From: Azolla caroliniana
Lineage: Eukaryota > Plantae > Polypodiophyta
Length of the DNA: 64,000 bases
Direction: 5' to 3'
Assembly (NCBI GenBank): GCA_043228905.1
Contig: JBHGNT010000007.1
Span: 19,282,001 to 19,346,000 of the forward strand
Position 1 is the stretch's first letter; every line of letters starts with the position of its first letter. Of the stretch, positions 48,020-62,137 are shown one piece after another. The notes beneath the pieces were generated by a model. It did not search any database and was not told the origin of the DNA. It saw only the letters and a list, made by a program, of their open reading frames with translations. Both the position numbers and the translations under genes were made by a program.

Positions 48020-51000
48020 TATCTTTTTCTCTCTTTTTTTCTCGTAAATCAATGTTTGTTATTAAAACAAGATTATAATACAACCCTTGCTATCTTCACT
48101 GCTTCATAAATAGTGATACTGCAAGGGAAACCCTCTCAACTGTTGCAAAACTAGATGACATACCTCTATCTCCTTTTGGGACAACGTCCCCATACAACAT
48201 AGTCCAATTCATCCTACGGAGTTGTTGGGTTACCCTATGAAGTCCATCAAACAAGAACCCATTTCTCATGGTCCAATTAAACCACATCCCCAAACACCTA
48301 AGGTAATCAAACACAACCTTATATGATGGTGATGGCACATATTTATCGTCATCAATAAAAACCCACTTAAAAGGTGATAAAATATTTCCTATTATCGATG
48401 CTCAAATTTGTGATATAACCATCTAAATGGCTTTATCAACCAGACATGTAATGAACCTATGTTTGGCATCTTCATCAACCACCATGCAAAAAAACATGTC
48501 CCATTCGAAATATGTCTTCGTTTAAAGGCCATCACCAAAGGCAACCCACCAACTATCAAACGCCAAAGAAACACCTTTGCATGGAATGGAAGATGAGATT
48601 GCCATCCTGCATCTAAGACTCTACACTGCCACTTTACATGTTGAATAATGTACCATGTATCCAAAACCTTATTTGCTAACCAAACTCTACCAACTTATGG
48701 TATACATCATTAGTGTGCACCACAAGAATCTATTGTCCAATACCAAACAACCAATCTTTCCATGGGTCTTCAACCACTAACTCTGGAATCGGGAAAACTA
48801 ATCTAGGCAATGCCAATATTGATTGCCAAATGTACCATATCCACATGGTATATGAAACCTATTTCCGATTGTCCGTAAGGTCATCATTTCCCTACGTGAC
48901 TCTAAGATACCATCTTCCATAGTTACCAAGCCCAACCTTGCCATTCGATTGAACAATGCAATTTAGATGGTCTTTTCCATCCCAATGTAATATCCTTGAA
49001 GCTACTAACACTTTTGCTACCAAGGAATTAATGTATTTTCTACGCTTAGGAGGCCTCCAATTAAACAATTTCAAAATTCGCTGCCAAGAAAACACTAATT
49101 GTTGAACCATAATAGATTTTGAACATTTAAATGCCCGAGTACTATTAACAACATGCCACCATGATCTTGTAATTCTAGTTTTCCCATGGTATATCCCAAC
49201 CTTTTCCACAAAATAACTAATGATTTCTACCCAAGGTTGGGTACCTATGCACATACCTTTCAATAGATTTCTGCCCAAGGTTGGGTACAGATATTGTTCC
49301 ATGATACCCAACTCATACCAAGTTTTGATTCTTTCTTCCACAATGTATATTTAAGTGAATGAGCTAATTGATCAAGTAATTTCTTTGTCCAAGGTAATAA
49401 TGGCAAAAAATAAGAAATCACTGGAAGCATTATAGCTTGTGCCACTTTGAGACGAGTACTAAACGACCATGCTTGAGACTTCCAATATATAAATTTGTTT
49501 AAAATGGTCACCGATATCCAATTCATACTTTGAGATGGTGAGATATCAATACCAATACCGTAACTTAAGTGCCGACACACATTCCCTTGATCCAATATTT
49601 GGCCACACCAACAAAGATCAACCAAATCACTCTCAGTGCATCTAATGAGCATCGACTTCCGCATATTTATATGTAATCTTGACGCCAATGTGAACACATT
49701 CCACACCTCCACGGGTTTTGCTATATTATCAAGTTCCGCTTTGAGAAATAAAAACAAATCATTGGGCAATGCTTGAGCTAGTAATTGTTTCCGTGATGGT
49801 AGAACTAGTCCAACTATTTCCCAACATGTTGCTAGCTCATGCATCTTCACCAAAATCGAGTGTGTAACAATTGCAAATAATAATGGAGTCAATGGGCATC
49901 CTTGTCTAAGTGATCTTGCCAATGGTATTGCCTTAGTAACTTCACCATTTAACATAATATGTGACACTGCACCTAATCCCACCAACAACAAAATACGAGA
50001 CATCCTTTCCCCAAAACTCATCTGAGACATAAGTTGAGTAATAAAAGACCAACTTACATGATCATATGCCTTCTCGATATCTAGTTGTATCATTACAATT
50101 TGTTGTTTGGATTCCTTTGCATAATCCACTACCATTTACACATTCAAAATATTATGCAAGTTATCCCTTCCCTTAATAAACCCATATGCATTGGATGGAC
50201 GACATACAACAATACCTTTTGAAGTCTATTGACAATTACTTTGGTAAAAATCTTATACAACCCACCCATTAATGATGTCGGTTTCCATTGAGCAAAATAC
50301 ATAGGAGATGCAACTTTTGGTATAAGTTTAACAATGCCAATTTTCCATGAATTGGGCATTTTACTAGAACTCCTTACCTCTTGGAATAACATTGTTAGAG
50401 GTCCTTTGAGTTGTTGTACAAAGGATTTAAAAAACTCCTTTGTAATGTCATCCCAACCTAGACTTTTATCAACTAAGAGATGTGACAATACACATTCTAC
50501 TACCTCCTCCTTTATATCCTCCAAGGCAAGCATGACATGTTGCCCACCAATCATCGTGATTGATATAAATAACATTGATCGCGCTTATGTTATGTCATCA
50601 TTTAGATTACATTCTTGACCAAAAAGATTCGTGAAATGTGTAACACAATCATCAATAATCACTTGTGGGTTTGTATTCAAAGTTCCATCAATCTCTACAC
50701 ATACCATGTCATTCATTCTAGCATGAGATGCACGCAACCCATGGCAAAACTTATGTGAATGAAAGTTGTGATCATGTACTTTAGTTTTCATAGCCATCAC
50801 TCGTGATTGTTGATAACTATGAACCTCTAACGCTTGTAAGGCTTGTGACAGTGTCTCTATAATATCTAATAACACATCATCAAATGGATTATTTGTAACA
50901 TTTGCCTAGAAATTTTTGGATTAAACTGATCTTTTGTTTACGGATGGATGCTTGATAAATTCCATAAGATCGTGTAAAGTGTTGAAGATTAGAAAGACAA

Positions 51001-51858
51001 ATATCCCATGACGAAACACCGTGGACATTGACTTGTCATGTAAACTCCCCAACCAATTGTCCCATAGCATGTTGAAAGTTATTATGTCCAGGAAAAGATG
51101 AATTAAACCACAACAACAGTTTTTCCAATAAAGATCTAAACTCATCTACAGTTTGATGTGTGCATTCCAAAAAAGCCAGGAAATGATCTGATGATCCAAT
51201 CCCCATATACACTGGCATAGTCATAAGCTCTGCCAAGAATGTCTCATCATGCATTATGTAAATGCGATCCAATCAACCCCAAGTTTATCTATATTGTGCA
51301 GCTTGAAATGTATAACCAACATCATGTCCATTGATCCAAGTCCGCGCATCATACCTTAAGACCTCTAACATAAACAAATCCCATACCTCTCATTCAAGAG
51401 CATCCATCAGGCCATGCATTGAGGTAGATTGACCCACCTGAGAACACATATTAAAATCACCTAACAAAAAACCCGATCTTCCATCACGTAGAACTTGATG
51501 TAAACCTCTCCAAAGATTCATACGTTGCCCTGCAACATTTGGTGCATAAATACCAACCACCCAAATCCTTTTCCCTTCATAATTAACTTCAACCACCAAG
51601 AACTGACCATTAACATCTCGTTGAACCACCACTAGTTGGAAACTATCCCTTACAATAAGCATTACACTTGAATCCAATGACTTCAGCATAAAGAACATGA
51701 TATTGCTTATCCTGAAGAGAAGACCCAAACTTAACATGCTCATTATGTTCTATTGCACATAATATATCCCATTGACTCTTAAACATACTTTTCCGTGTCA
51801 TACCATACCACTTGGATGGAGAACGAATTCCCCTTACATAACATGCGACTATCTTCAT
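48020..51858 (-). mobile_element. Degenerate L1-clade LINE ORF2 (EN-RT-zf-RVT)
   Basis: MKIVACYVRG (51858), GIYAPN, LLGDFN, LDIEKAYDHV, LRQGCPLTPLLF and KVFLWRL. A-rich tail at ~48024-48040. Many stops. Confidence 0.85.
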
Positions 51859-52004
51859 CACTTCATTAATTATGTTGCTTCTTGACATGTTCACATTCCA
51901 ATTGTCCAAATATCTTTGGTATATCCCCGAAATAATCACTTAAGACTGCAAATGCATTTTGCACAAATGGTCGATGATTATCGGTGGATGTAATTGTACC
52001 CTGT

Positions 52005-54260
52005 TGTCGTAGCGTACTTCGTACACATAGTGAAAAATGTATGGAGTACCCTAATTAATAGGTATGGAGAAATAGAAGAAAGTGTTAAAAAAAGAGCATA
52101 TGTTACATGCATAGTGTCATGAATACATAAACATCATGGTTTCACCTAGGCTGGAACCCAAGACCTTGTAATACATAATCAAGAACCTAACCATTAAGAT
52201 AGCCTATGATCATATGAGACAATAAAAGCTACTTTTTGTAATATACTGATTATGGTAAATACTTTGGAACATTATAGAACATCTTAGAATATTCTAGGTG
52301 TAGAACATTATAGAACATTATAGAAATCTCTAGGCTATTCTATAGGAACCTATAAATATAAACATACAATTCTTCTCAAACCAATTTGAATCAAACTTTC
52401 AAAACCAAGAATAAAAGATAGAGTGATGGAAGAAGGATATAAGAGAACACAAGACGAATGGAATGAAATGATAAGAGAAGAATGGGTGCATTACGATAGA
52501 AAGAGAATGGATATAAGATAAGCAATGAGAGCTTCAGACTGGTGTTGATTCGAATTGGTTTGAGAAGAATTGTATGTATATATATATATATATATATATA
52601 GGTTCCTATAGAATAGACTAGAGATTTCTATAATGTAGATACACATAGAATATTCTAAGATGTTCTAGGATATTCTAGAATGTTCTAGAATGTTCCAAAG
52701 TATTCACCATAATCAATATATTACAAAAAGTAGGTTTTGTTGTTGTATATGACCATAGGCTATCTTAATGGTTAGGTTTTTTTATTATGTATTATAAGGT
52801 CTTGGGTTCAAGCCTAGGTGAAGCCATGATGTTTATGTATTCATGGCACATAGGGCAAGATTCAATCCCAAGCCTTACCAATCTACTAACTCATTATGGG
52901 CAATATAATTATAGATTTAGTATTTACAAGAACTTATCCTCACATATAAATTCTAGGAAACTTATGCATGACTAGTGTGCATGAATACTATAGTTAGAGA
53001 AAGCATGAATTTGCTATGTGGCAAGTTATACTTAGCCTCTCCCATCACTATATAAGGGGAAGGGCAAAATGTAATGGGTTTTTCCCCCCCTCAAAGTGTT
53101 GATTAATCTAATGTACTATAATCTTGAAATTCACAAGTTTTCCTATCTCTCTCTTTTAGTCTATTCATAATTTTTATTTGTCTTAAATTCCTCCTCCTCC
53201 TAGTCCAAAACCTCAGCTGTTCCAACCGACTCACGTAACAATTCAATGTTGTATGGCATGACACATTTGGTGAACTCGACGTTAAGATGGGTGGCAAGGA
53301 GATGGAGGATCAACAAGAGGTGATCAACATGATGATAATGTTCGAGCGAATGTTGTGGGAACAACACATGATGTCGGAGATCACAATGGCAATAGAGTAG
53401 CTCGTGCAATGAAATGAGCAATTCAACGGAAAGGACGTGTCATGCTATCTACAGAACTACAAGGCAGAGATGTTGCGATGCGGGATCTCGGAAGGATTGC
53501 AAGTGATATCCTTCAATCCAATGGCTACGAATTGGCTTCAAGGGAGCATCCATGGAATACGACAACGAAATCCGTCGTGGGTGGCCTTTGAAGAAGAGCT
53601 AAAGACTACGTACGTTATCAAGGACTACTCCAAGGTAACGTGGAGGGGATTCAAGGATTGGGTGGAAACACCGGACATGGTGGCCTTTGAAGAAGAGCTA
53701 AAGACTACGTACGTTATCAAGGACTACTCCAAAGTAACGTGGAGGGGATTCAAGGATTGGGTGGAAACACCGGACAATTTTTCTCAGGAGGTTGTTGGTG
53801 AGAGTTCAAGCTATCCTCGCACCAGACAAAGTGATCATGTTCTTACCAACCGTGGATGCTCAAGACCGAAATGATCTTGGGACATTGTTGGAAGATGTAA
53901 CTACGGTTAGTGGGCTCACAAACAATTGGGAGAATGTGAGGACTAGCGTCGCCTGGTTCACAAAGAGGAGATAGTGGCTTGGTAATGAAGAGAAGAGAGT
54001 TTCAGAACTAATTTCGAGACCAAGATCCGGATCAAGGGACCACCAATTATGGATCCGGGGTCAAAGGGAATTGACATATCCGTGGTTGAGCAAATTCTAA
54101 AAGGGTTGGAGGACCTGAAAATAGATATGGTGAAGAAAACGGAGTATTGGCCTGCAAGTTCCAAGTATATGAACCATCGGTGTATATGGTGTGATAGCAC
54201 CAAACATGAATGCAAGGATTGTGATGAACAAAAGGATGCATTACTATGTCGACAGATCAA
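52005..54260 (+). mobile_element. Older truncated relative of the 39832-43573 family (5' LTR 52005-53263, Trp-type PBS, gag remnant with zinc knuckle)
   Basis: The LTR starts TGTCGTAGCGTACTTCGTACAC and ends GGCATGACA. PBS TGGTGAACTCGACGT at 53268. Gag YLQNYKAEMLRCGISEGLQVISFN and knuckle CIWCDSTKHECKDC. A 99-bp tandem duplication lies at ~53579-53776. Confidence 0.85.
52115..52848. mobile_element. 734-bp foldback element with TG..CA ends and a 5-bp TSD
   Basis: Arms 52115-~52394 and ~52546-52848 are reverse complements. TSD CATAG (52110-52114 / 52849-52853). The empty site 'catgcatagggcaagattc' is seen at 39931. Confidence 0.88.
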
Positions 54261-54571
54261 TGTCGACTATGTTCCTCTCAAAGTATGCAAAACAAACATG
54301 TTCCACAAGCAATGCTTCCTCTTCACAATGCAACTCCTAGAGGGGCTCCAAATAAATACCTTGTTTTGAAAGGAAGACAATATTGCCACCCCATTCACAA
54401 GACAATTTGACAATACCAATTGGATATGTTATTCCCCCATCCACGCATACAGGTATCAATTAGTTTATACTCTAAATCATTTGTTTTTACTTTAGTAAAG
54501 TTTATAATCTAAATCATTTGTTTTTACTTTAGTAAGGATTTATGAATTGAAAATCTTCAATTTACCTCAAT

Positions 54572-54914
54572 TGTAACCATGGTCAATTTGGAATTCGATA
54601 TTGCAAAATTGGCATTTCTTGAAACCACGATGTCGTGAAAATCCGCGCGTACGTGTCGACTTGGGTGGGACCACGGCGGTCTTGGACTAGGGAGTAAGAA
54701 GGGGAATGTGAGCTTATCCCTTACGGGCTCCCGAGCACGAAAGGGTAGGAACAATGTGCGAAGGATTAACACGACAAAGAACTAGAACAAGACCTTGTCC
54801 TCATGGTGCGAAAAGCCATTATTTCTCCTCTCTCTCTCTCTCTCATCCTAACTATATGCCACATTATGGCACTAAACATACGACATCATGGTCTTGAAAA
54901 GTCTCATGGTAACA
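54572..54914. mobile_element. Short TGT..ACA element (solo LTR or Ginger-like MITE)
   Basis: TGTAACCATG / CATGGTAACA termini, plus a subterminal inverted pair ACCACGATGTCGT / ACGACATCATGGT. Flanks CAAT / CAAC. Confidence 0.35.
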
Positions 54915-56857
54915 CAACCGTCTCAAGAGTCAATCAAGGACTGCAAATGTAGTCCCCTCAACCATTACACAATGTTCTAAAGGGTTTATAAAAGAGCATT
55001 TACTAAATATTCTCCATGTGCATAATATATAAAAACCTAATTTCAATGCCCCTAAAATAGTGTGGATTTTAGGGCAAGGTAAAACCTCAAGATGATGAGA
55101 GACTAACTGATATAAATGAAAATCCTCTAGGACCAACTTTTCCCCAAACCTCATTTGTGAGAGATACCAAACCAATTTTACTTTTAGCCTAAATAGATGC
55201 TATGCAACCCCATGTACCATAAAAATGACTATAGTTGTACAAATATTACACCCAATCACTTTGTTCTAAAGGCTAGTCTATTTTGCAAGAATTTATATAT
55301 CTCTTCAACACATGATTGCCTTGAATATGGGATATGCTTAAATCCATTCCCTTGCAGTTTTTTTCCTTTCACAATATCCAGTTTGCAAATATGTCTAGTT
55401 TACAACATCAAGTGGATTTGAAAACATTGCATTATGTGACTTCAAACCCATGTGTGTGCACTACTCACTTGCAATATGTTTTTATTAAGTCATCACTAGT
55501 AGTCTCATAGATGCTAGGACAGACATCACCAATCCCTTATGCCAAAGTCATAAACAAAGATAGACATGGAGACCATAGTATGAACTATACATACCATACG
55601 TGCATTCGCATTCGCAAGTGATTCAATAATTCGAGTATGCTAAAAACCCTTCAAGAATGGTAAATACCATACTTTTGGATTAACTATTTATTATGAGGTA
55701 AATAAACATAAAAAAAACAAAACAAAAAGAAAAAGAAACCTTAAAAAAAGGGAAAGAAACAAGAAAAAAACACAAGAATGTTTGAATAACATTCACATTT
55801 GTTTCCCAATGTAGGAAAACAAATGTTATGCTAGATGAACACGAATTTTACAAACTATGATGGAGACAATGTATAAGTCCAACAATGATAATAAGAACTT
55901 ATACCAATTGAAAGAAAATTGGCAGAGGTACCCCTAGTGGAACTAGGCCAAGAACCAATTTCACTCCATTTGTTAAATGATACAAATTCTTAGTTTGGAT
56001 GGGTCCATGGAGGTATGAGCATAAACAACTCACCGCATTGTTTTGCCATGCCTCAATGGGTCAATTACGCCAACTTTAACTAGTGTGTGTCAATTTCCCA
56101 TTTTCTTTCCTCCCCTCTAGTACTCCTATAAGGACTGTGACTACTTGACACTCCCATTCATCGTTCGAACTTGATACTTGCATGCATTATGTCTACTTTA
56201 TTGGCAAGTACTATGAGGCTTTTGCCCCATGCGTCCACCATAAGAAGTGCAATAGCCTCTTTTGCAACATCCAACTTGATAATCACGCTTATACATCTTT
56301 TGTATTCTTGCAAAATTACGAAAGTTGTGAAAATTTGAGCAAGGGAAGTTGGGCTTAGATGTTGTCACTCTTATAGATGCTTGGGTGCTGGACACTATAC
56401 ATATGAAACGGCACTAAAGCATACTTGTGATAAAAAAAATTCCTAGTGCGCACATGCGTGCTTTGTTTGCGTCATGTTTGAGTATGTATATGAATGTGGG
56501 TGTATTATGATGTATAGTGTAATTTTTATGTGAAATTAAATTTGTGTTATTTGTTATGTGTCTAGGAGAGGAAAGGGAAGGATACATAAGTATAGACAAT
56601 TAATAGAGAGGGGAAGTAAAAGGGAAGGCATGAACCCTAGGCTCAATGTCACGCCTAATACGTTCAAGGTTTGGGTTTCAAGATGGCTTCCTAGGCACAT
56701 GCAGTAACTTCATCGTTAGGCATCGGGGCAGGGGATGAAGGAACAATCCCAAGTGCCAGTAGTGCTGGGAGGAGCAAGAACAGAGAAGACATCCAAAAAT
56801 CCATTGTGTTATTATTTACATATCTCTAGTCACTTTTTAAAAATGAGAAAATGGGGG

Positions 56858-59800
56858 TGTAACACTAACGCAATTTTTGAGATAAGGATGGATCGCCGAT
56901 CGGTTGAACTCGCGTGTTGACGTTCTTCGTCTACAGGAATCAATGACTACAAGAGAGAAATTAGTCGGATCCGCCGAACTACCTCCCAACCACCCTCTAT
57001 CCAGCTTAAATAGAAGATCCTTCTTCATTCTCTTGTTAGCCCCCCCATATGGGACATGAGTACCTTATGGTGGTGAGTGCATTCTATCTAGAGAGATTCC
57101 ATCCATCACATAGATATTAGATTATTGAGTGCACTCTAGAGAGATTCCATCCATCACATAGATATTAGATTATTAAGTGCACTCTAGAGAGATTCCATCC
57201 ATCACATAGATATTAGATTATTGAGTGCACTCTAGAGAGATTCCATCCCTCACATAGGTATTACCTTATTGACTACACTATAGAGAGATTCCATCCCTCA
57301 CATTGCACTTTGGCAATGGTACAGAAGCCATAACCCCATGACTCACACCTTCAGTCATGGGTGTCTTCTCCATCCATCGTGAAGACTTAGAAGCCCACGA
57401 CTCTTACCCAGACTGATGGGAGGCTTCACTCTCCGTCGAGAAAGGTCCTCACCTCAATTTGTCGAGGTGTTGTGTTGCAGTTCCATTCATGGAACCCCTC
57501 AACACATCAGATGTGTTGCAATTCCCCCCCTTTGAAGAAGGCGTCCCCTCTTCATTTTAAAAGGGTGATGGGAATGAACCATATCTTCTAATTGCCACAA
57601 GGTCGTGCCTTCTCGCCACGAAAACCTCTTCCGTGGGTTTGCCTTTCCATTGGCAAAAAAAGAGCCTATTAGGCCCATTTTGGCTTGGTCGATCCTGATG
57701 ACGAAGGATGTCTTTCAAATGAAGTCATCACATTTGTCAATCAACAAGCCATCTCCTTTTTTTGAGTGGGGTATACTGTTTCTCGATCCATGAGATTCTC
57801 GCTCTCAAGGCCACCGACCTTCCATCTTGCATGAGCATTCCACCCATGGCATAATTAGATGCATCTATATGAAGCTAAAAGGGCTTGTCAAAGTCAGGTA
57901 TTGCCAAATATGGCGCCGTGCACAATGCCTCTTTTAAGGCATCAAAAGCACAAAGCGCATTTGTCACACCAAAACCACTTTTTCCACTTTTAGCAAGGTT
58001 AGAGAGAGGAGTATAGAGACGACCAAAACCATCAATAAACACACAATAGAGGAAGCTAAACCAAGGAAAGAATGGACATCCGTTACCGAACGAGGTGTAG
58101 GACACTCCTTAATTGCACAAAGCTTTTCCTCTTCGGGTTGTAGCTTAGCACGAGCTATTTTGAAGTCGAGGAAGTACACTACTTCCACACCAAATTCGCA
58201 CTTGAATTTCTTTACGTAGAGGTGGTTCTTCCTTTAATCTTTGGAGAGCCATCTCAACATCTTTCAAGTGTTGTTCCCAAGTAGGGCAAAAAACAAGCAA
58301 GTCATCAAGGTAGACCACAATGCATTTGTCGAGCTTTGGTCCAAACACTGGAGTCATGAGTGTGCTAAAGGTTGCTACCGCGTTGGTTAAGCCCATCGAC
58401 ATTACAAGCCACTCATTGGAGTCATAGCAAGTTCGCATGGCGGTTTTCTCCACATCACCTTCGGTGATCCTCACACTTGATAGTATCCTGAACGAAGATC
58501 CATCTCGGTGAAGTACCGCGCCTTCCCTATTTGATCGAACATCTCTCGAAGGTTAGGAAGAGGGTAGCGATTCTTGATGGCGAGGTTGTTCAATGATCGA
58601 TAATCAACACACATTCTCAAGCTTCCATCTTTCTTCTTGATGAAGAGCCCTGGTGCACCATAAGAAGATCTAGAAGGGCGTATGAATCCCACTTCTAGTA
58701 GCTCATTGAGTTGATGTTTAAACTATGCATTCTCGGCAATGCTTAGGCGATAAGGGCTCTTCACGGGAGGAGTGCACCCTGGAACCACCTCGATGCAATG
58801 ATTAACCTCCCTTTTTGGGGACAACTCCTTTGGTAAAGCGTAGGGCATGATGTCTTGAAACCTATCTAACAAAACCATCATGTTAGGATGAATGTCCTTT
58901 ACGGACAAGGGATCGTCACGATCATTGGTATCCTTAAAAATAACGGCTATCATAAGACAACCCTTTTGGGCTACCTTCTTGAGTTGCACGGAGAAGAGAA
59001 TTTTTTGGGAGGGGGTTAGGGCGAGAGGAAGAAGCTTTTACAATATGAAGTTTATCATGCATAAATAGAATTTGCTCGCCAAAAGGGTAGGGTAGTGCAT
59101 GTGCCAATCTCGCCCAAGATTGACCCAAGACCACATCAAAATCGTCCATCCCAACGATGCTAAATTCAACGCGCACTGTCACCTCTCCAACAGTAACCAC
59201 AACATTAGGAGCAATCCGCCCCACTTGCTTCTCCTTTCCGTTGACGGTCTTCCAAGTGCTCTTGGAATTGATCTCCATACGTAGCCCACAAGCTTTGGTG
59301 AGGGTCGACATCATGAACTCGTGAGATGCACCCATATCCACCATCGCTTGACACAAATGACCATTGATTAGAGCATTAACATAAAGTAATGAATGCTCAC
59401 CCAAGTTTATCTCACGGATCACAAACAAATGCTTGAAGTAGCCCATGGTTTGGTTGTTTGCATCATCATTCGAATCCTTAACAAGTGAGTGGAGTTGGCC
59501 CTTGAATGGCCAATCTCTTGCAAAAATGGTTGCCTTGGCAAATGAAGCACTTTAGCTTCCTTCCAACGGTAGCATCCTCGGGCTTGAAGGGATTCGCATT
59601 TGTAGTCTTCTTGGGAGGAGACTCCTTTCCTTTGCAACATTTTTGCCATAGTTGAGGGGGCGAGATCCACCTTCTTGCAAATTAGAAGCCACCTTCTTGA
59701 AGAGACGAGTATTATGTTTCTTCAAATTTGGAGGATCCCTCTTTTCTTTCCATTTGCCATCGGAGGAGCCACCTTGAGGATGCCATCGGTGAGGCGATCC

Positions 59801-61229
59801 GCCACTTCATAAGCGGCCACAATAGTTGTTACATTTTGTTAACGGAGCTCGTTTTGAGCCCACTCCTTCAACCGGTTGGTAAATGCAAAAAAAATGGTCT
59901 TCTTCTCCCATGGAGCGGATTTGTAACATAAGAGCATGAAAGGATTTAATGTAATCTGTGATATGCCCTGTGTGATGAAGTAGGTCAAGTTGTTGTCGAG
60001 CCTTCCACTCGGAATTAGAGGGAAGAAATTGTTTATTGTGAGCTTCCTTCAATTCTTCCCATGTATTCACGGGCATGGGACCCTTCCATTGAATACTATA
60101 ATTGAAAACGTTGTGCCACCATAGCTTAGCATCCCTGGCCAAGAAGGTGGAGCAATGGAAGACACGGTCCGCCTCGTTGAGGATACATGCGGCTAGGAAT
60201 AATTGCTCGCAATCCTAAATGAAGTTCTCTAAAACTTGGGCATCTCAAGTTCCATTGTAGCTTACGGGGTTCACGAGGCTTCACGCGTGCAGCTTCGTCG
60301 GCGCATCGAGCTACTTCTTTTCCCGCGTATTCTTGGCACAAGACTCTTTGGCAAGTAGGTGCACCAACTCCGCATTCGTGTTAGCGAGGCGAGCACTAAG
60401 GTCCCCGACCGTAGTGATAAGATTGTTGGCTTCACTTTTGAGTAAGGCCATTCTCGTCTCAAGTTCCTTAACACGGGGACAGAGGTTTCGAGGAGGTTTT
60501 ATAGGAAACTCCTCCGAGGTCGATGACACATTCGCCGGGTTGGAAGTAACAGAGGCATTGGGAGCGGCTTCCATGGTTGGTGCATCCATATTTTCTAGCA
60601 CAACCATTACTAGAATTAGTACTTCAAGAAAGCTATTTAAAAGAACACTACCCTTCGAATTCACGATTCCCACAAGCCGCAAGCATAATCGGTTCGAACT
60701 TGCGTGCTAACCCTCTTCGTCTACGGGAATCAATGACTACAAGAGAGAATTTAGTCGGATCCGCCGAACTACCTCCCAACCACCCTCTGTCCAGCTTAAA
60801 TAGAAGATCCTTCTTCATTCTCTTGTCAGTCCCCGCATATGGGACATGAGTACCTTATGGTAGTGAGTGCACTCTATCTAGAGAGATTCCATCCATCACA
60901 TAGATATTAGATTATTGAGTGCACTCTAGAGAGATTCCATCCACCACATAGATATTAGATTATTGAGTGCACTCTAGAGAGATTCCATCCCTCACATAGG
61001 TACTAGCTTATTGAGTGCATTGTAGAGAGATTTCATCCCTCACATTGCACTTTGGCAATGGTACACAAGCCATAACCCCATGAATCGCACCTTGAGTCAT
61101 GGGTGTCTTCCCCATCCATCGAGAAGACTTAGAATCCCACGACTCTTGCCCCGAGTCATGGGCGCCTTCTCTATCCGTCGAGAAAGGTCCTCGCCTCAAT
61201 CCGTCGAGGTGGTGTGTTGCGGTTCCAGT
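56858..61229 (-). mobile_element. Degenerate chromovirus-type Ty3/gypsy with the integrase core deleted
   Basis: 3' LTR 56858-57520 (TGTAACAC..GTGTTGCA), PPT ~57524-57533, partial 5' LTR ~60690-61229. Gag DAKLWW..WEELK, protease [27 protein letters not shown], RNase H start DFDKPF, chromo remnant WKGKPTEE. Confidence 0.88.
57076..57303. repeat. 48-bp tandem repeat in the gypsy LTR (5 units here, 4 at ~60865-61045)
   Basis: Unit gagtgcactctagagagattccatccatcacatagatattagattatt. Confidence 0.9.
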
Positions 61230-61420
61230 TACCAATGGGCACATTTTCGGCTCAAACCGAACCGAACCGTTAAACCCTGACTTAACAGTTTATCAGTTCA
61301 AAATTAAATAATGAGTTTGGTTTGGTTTAAAGAATGTAAGTTCGGTTTGGTTTCGGTTCAGTTCGGTTTAGCGTTTATCGGTTTAATGGTTTCTATTAAT
61401 TTGGTTTGGTTTATAGGTTT
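61230..61420. mobile_element. hAT-like terminus with AAACCG/GGTTT subterminal repeats
   Basis: TACCAATGGGCA resembles the TIR at 37556. It abuts and truncates the gypsy LTR. The other end is not seen. Confidence 0.5.
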
Positions 61421-62137
61421 ATAGGTTCTTATCCTACCCCTAAATTTTCAATTTTATACCCTTCCTATTTTTACTATGGGCATTGGGCATTGGGTAGTAG
61501 ACTATTACTAAGTACAGACTACAGTGGGTAACTGAGTACTAAGTAGGTTGTATCTACAGACTACTATCGAACGGAAGGGATTCAGGAAGCGCACACGACA
61601 CTGTGCAAGCTGAGGCGACAACGACCAATCACCACTTCATCGCTCTTCAGACTCCAGAGTGCAGACTTCTATGTTCTAATCGTGTTGTTTTCTCCACCTC
61701 TCAATTATCCATACTCCAGTCCTCTTGTTGTTGCTATTGCGGCCTATAACACAAGTATGATTCATGAATCAAACAAGACTTTTGCTTGCATCCAAGAGGA
61801 AGATTGCTTCATTCTTACAAATTTGTAATGCATCCTTCTATGATTGTAACTTTTATTGATTTCCCATTGGATTGACATCCATACCATGTATATTTTTGGG
61901 GGAAAACCTTTATGCTCACAATCATTTATTGTTTATTCTAAGAGCCTAGAGGGATAATTATGAGACCCAATCACTTTACTTACAACTCATTATCATAAGG
62001 CACTTAAATTGTTTGTATCATAACATATAACCACCAAAGCCATTATTTTTCGATACATAAAATTTGTCCTTCCTTATGGTGCATCTAACGAGTTAATAGC
62101 CACACATACTTGGTGATGACCCCCATTCTACCTCAAC

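Noticed and set aside
54920-56857. Possible additional LTR element (PBS-like TGGTATC on the minus strand at ~55170; purine run before 56858)
   Set aside because: No paired LTR, TSD or coding motif could be established.
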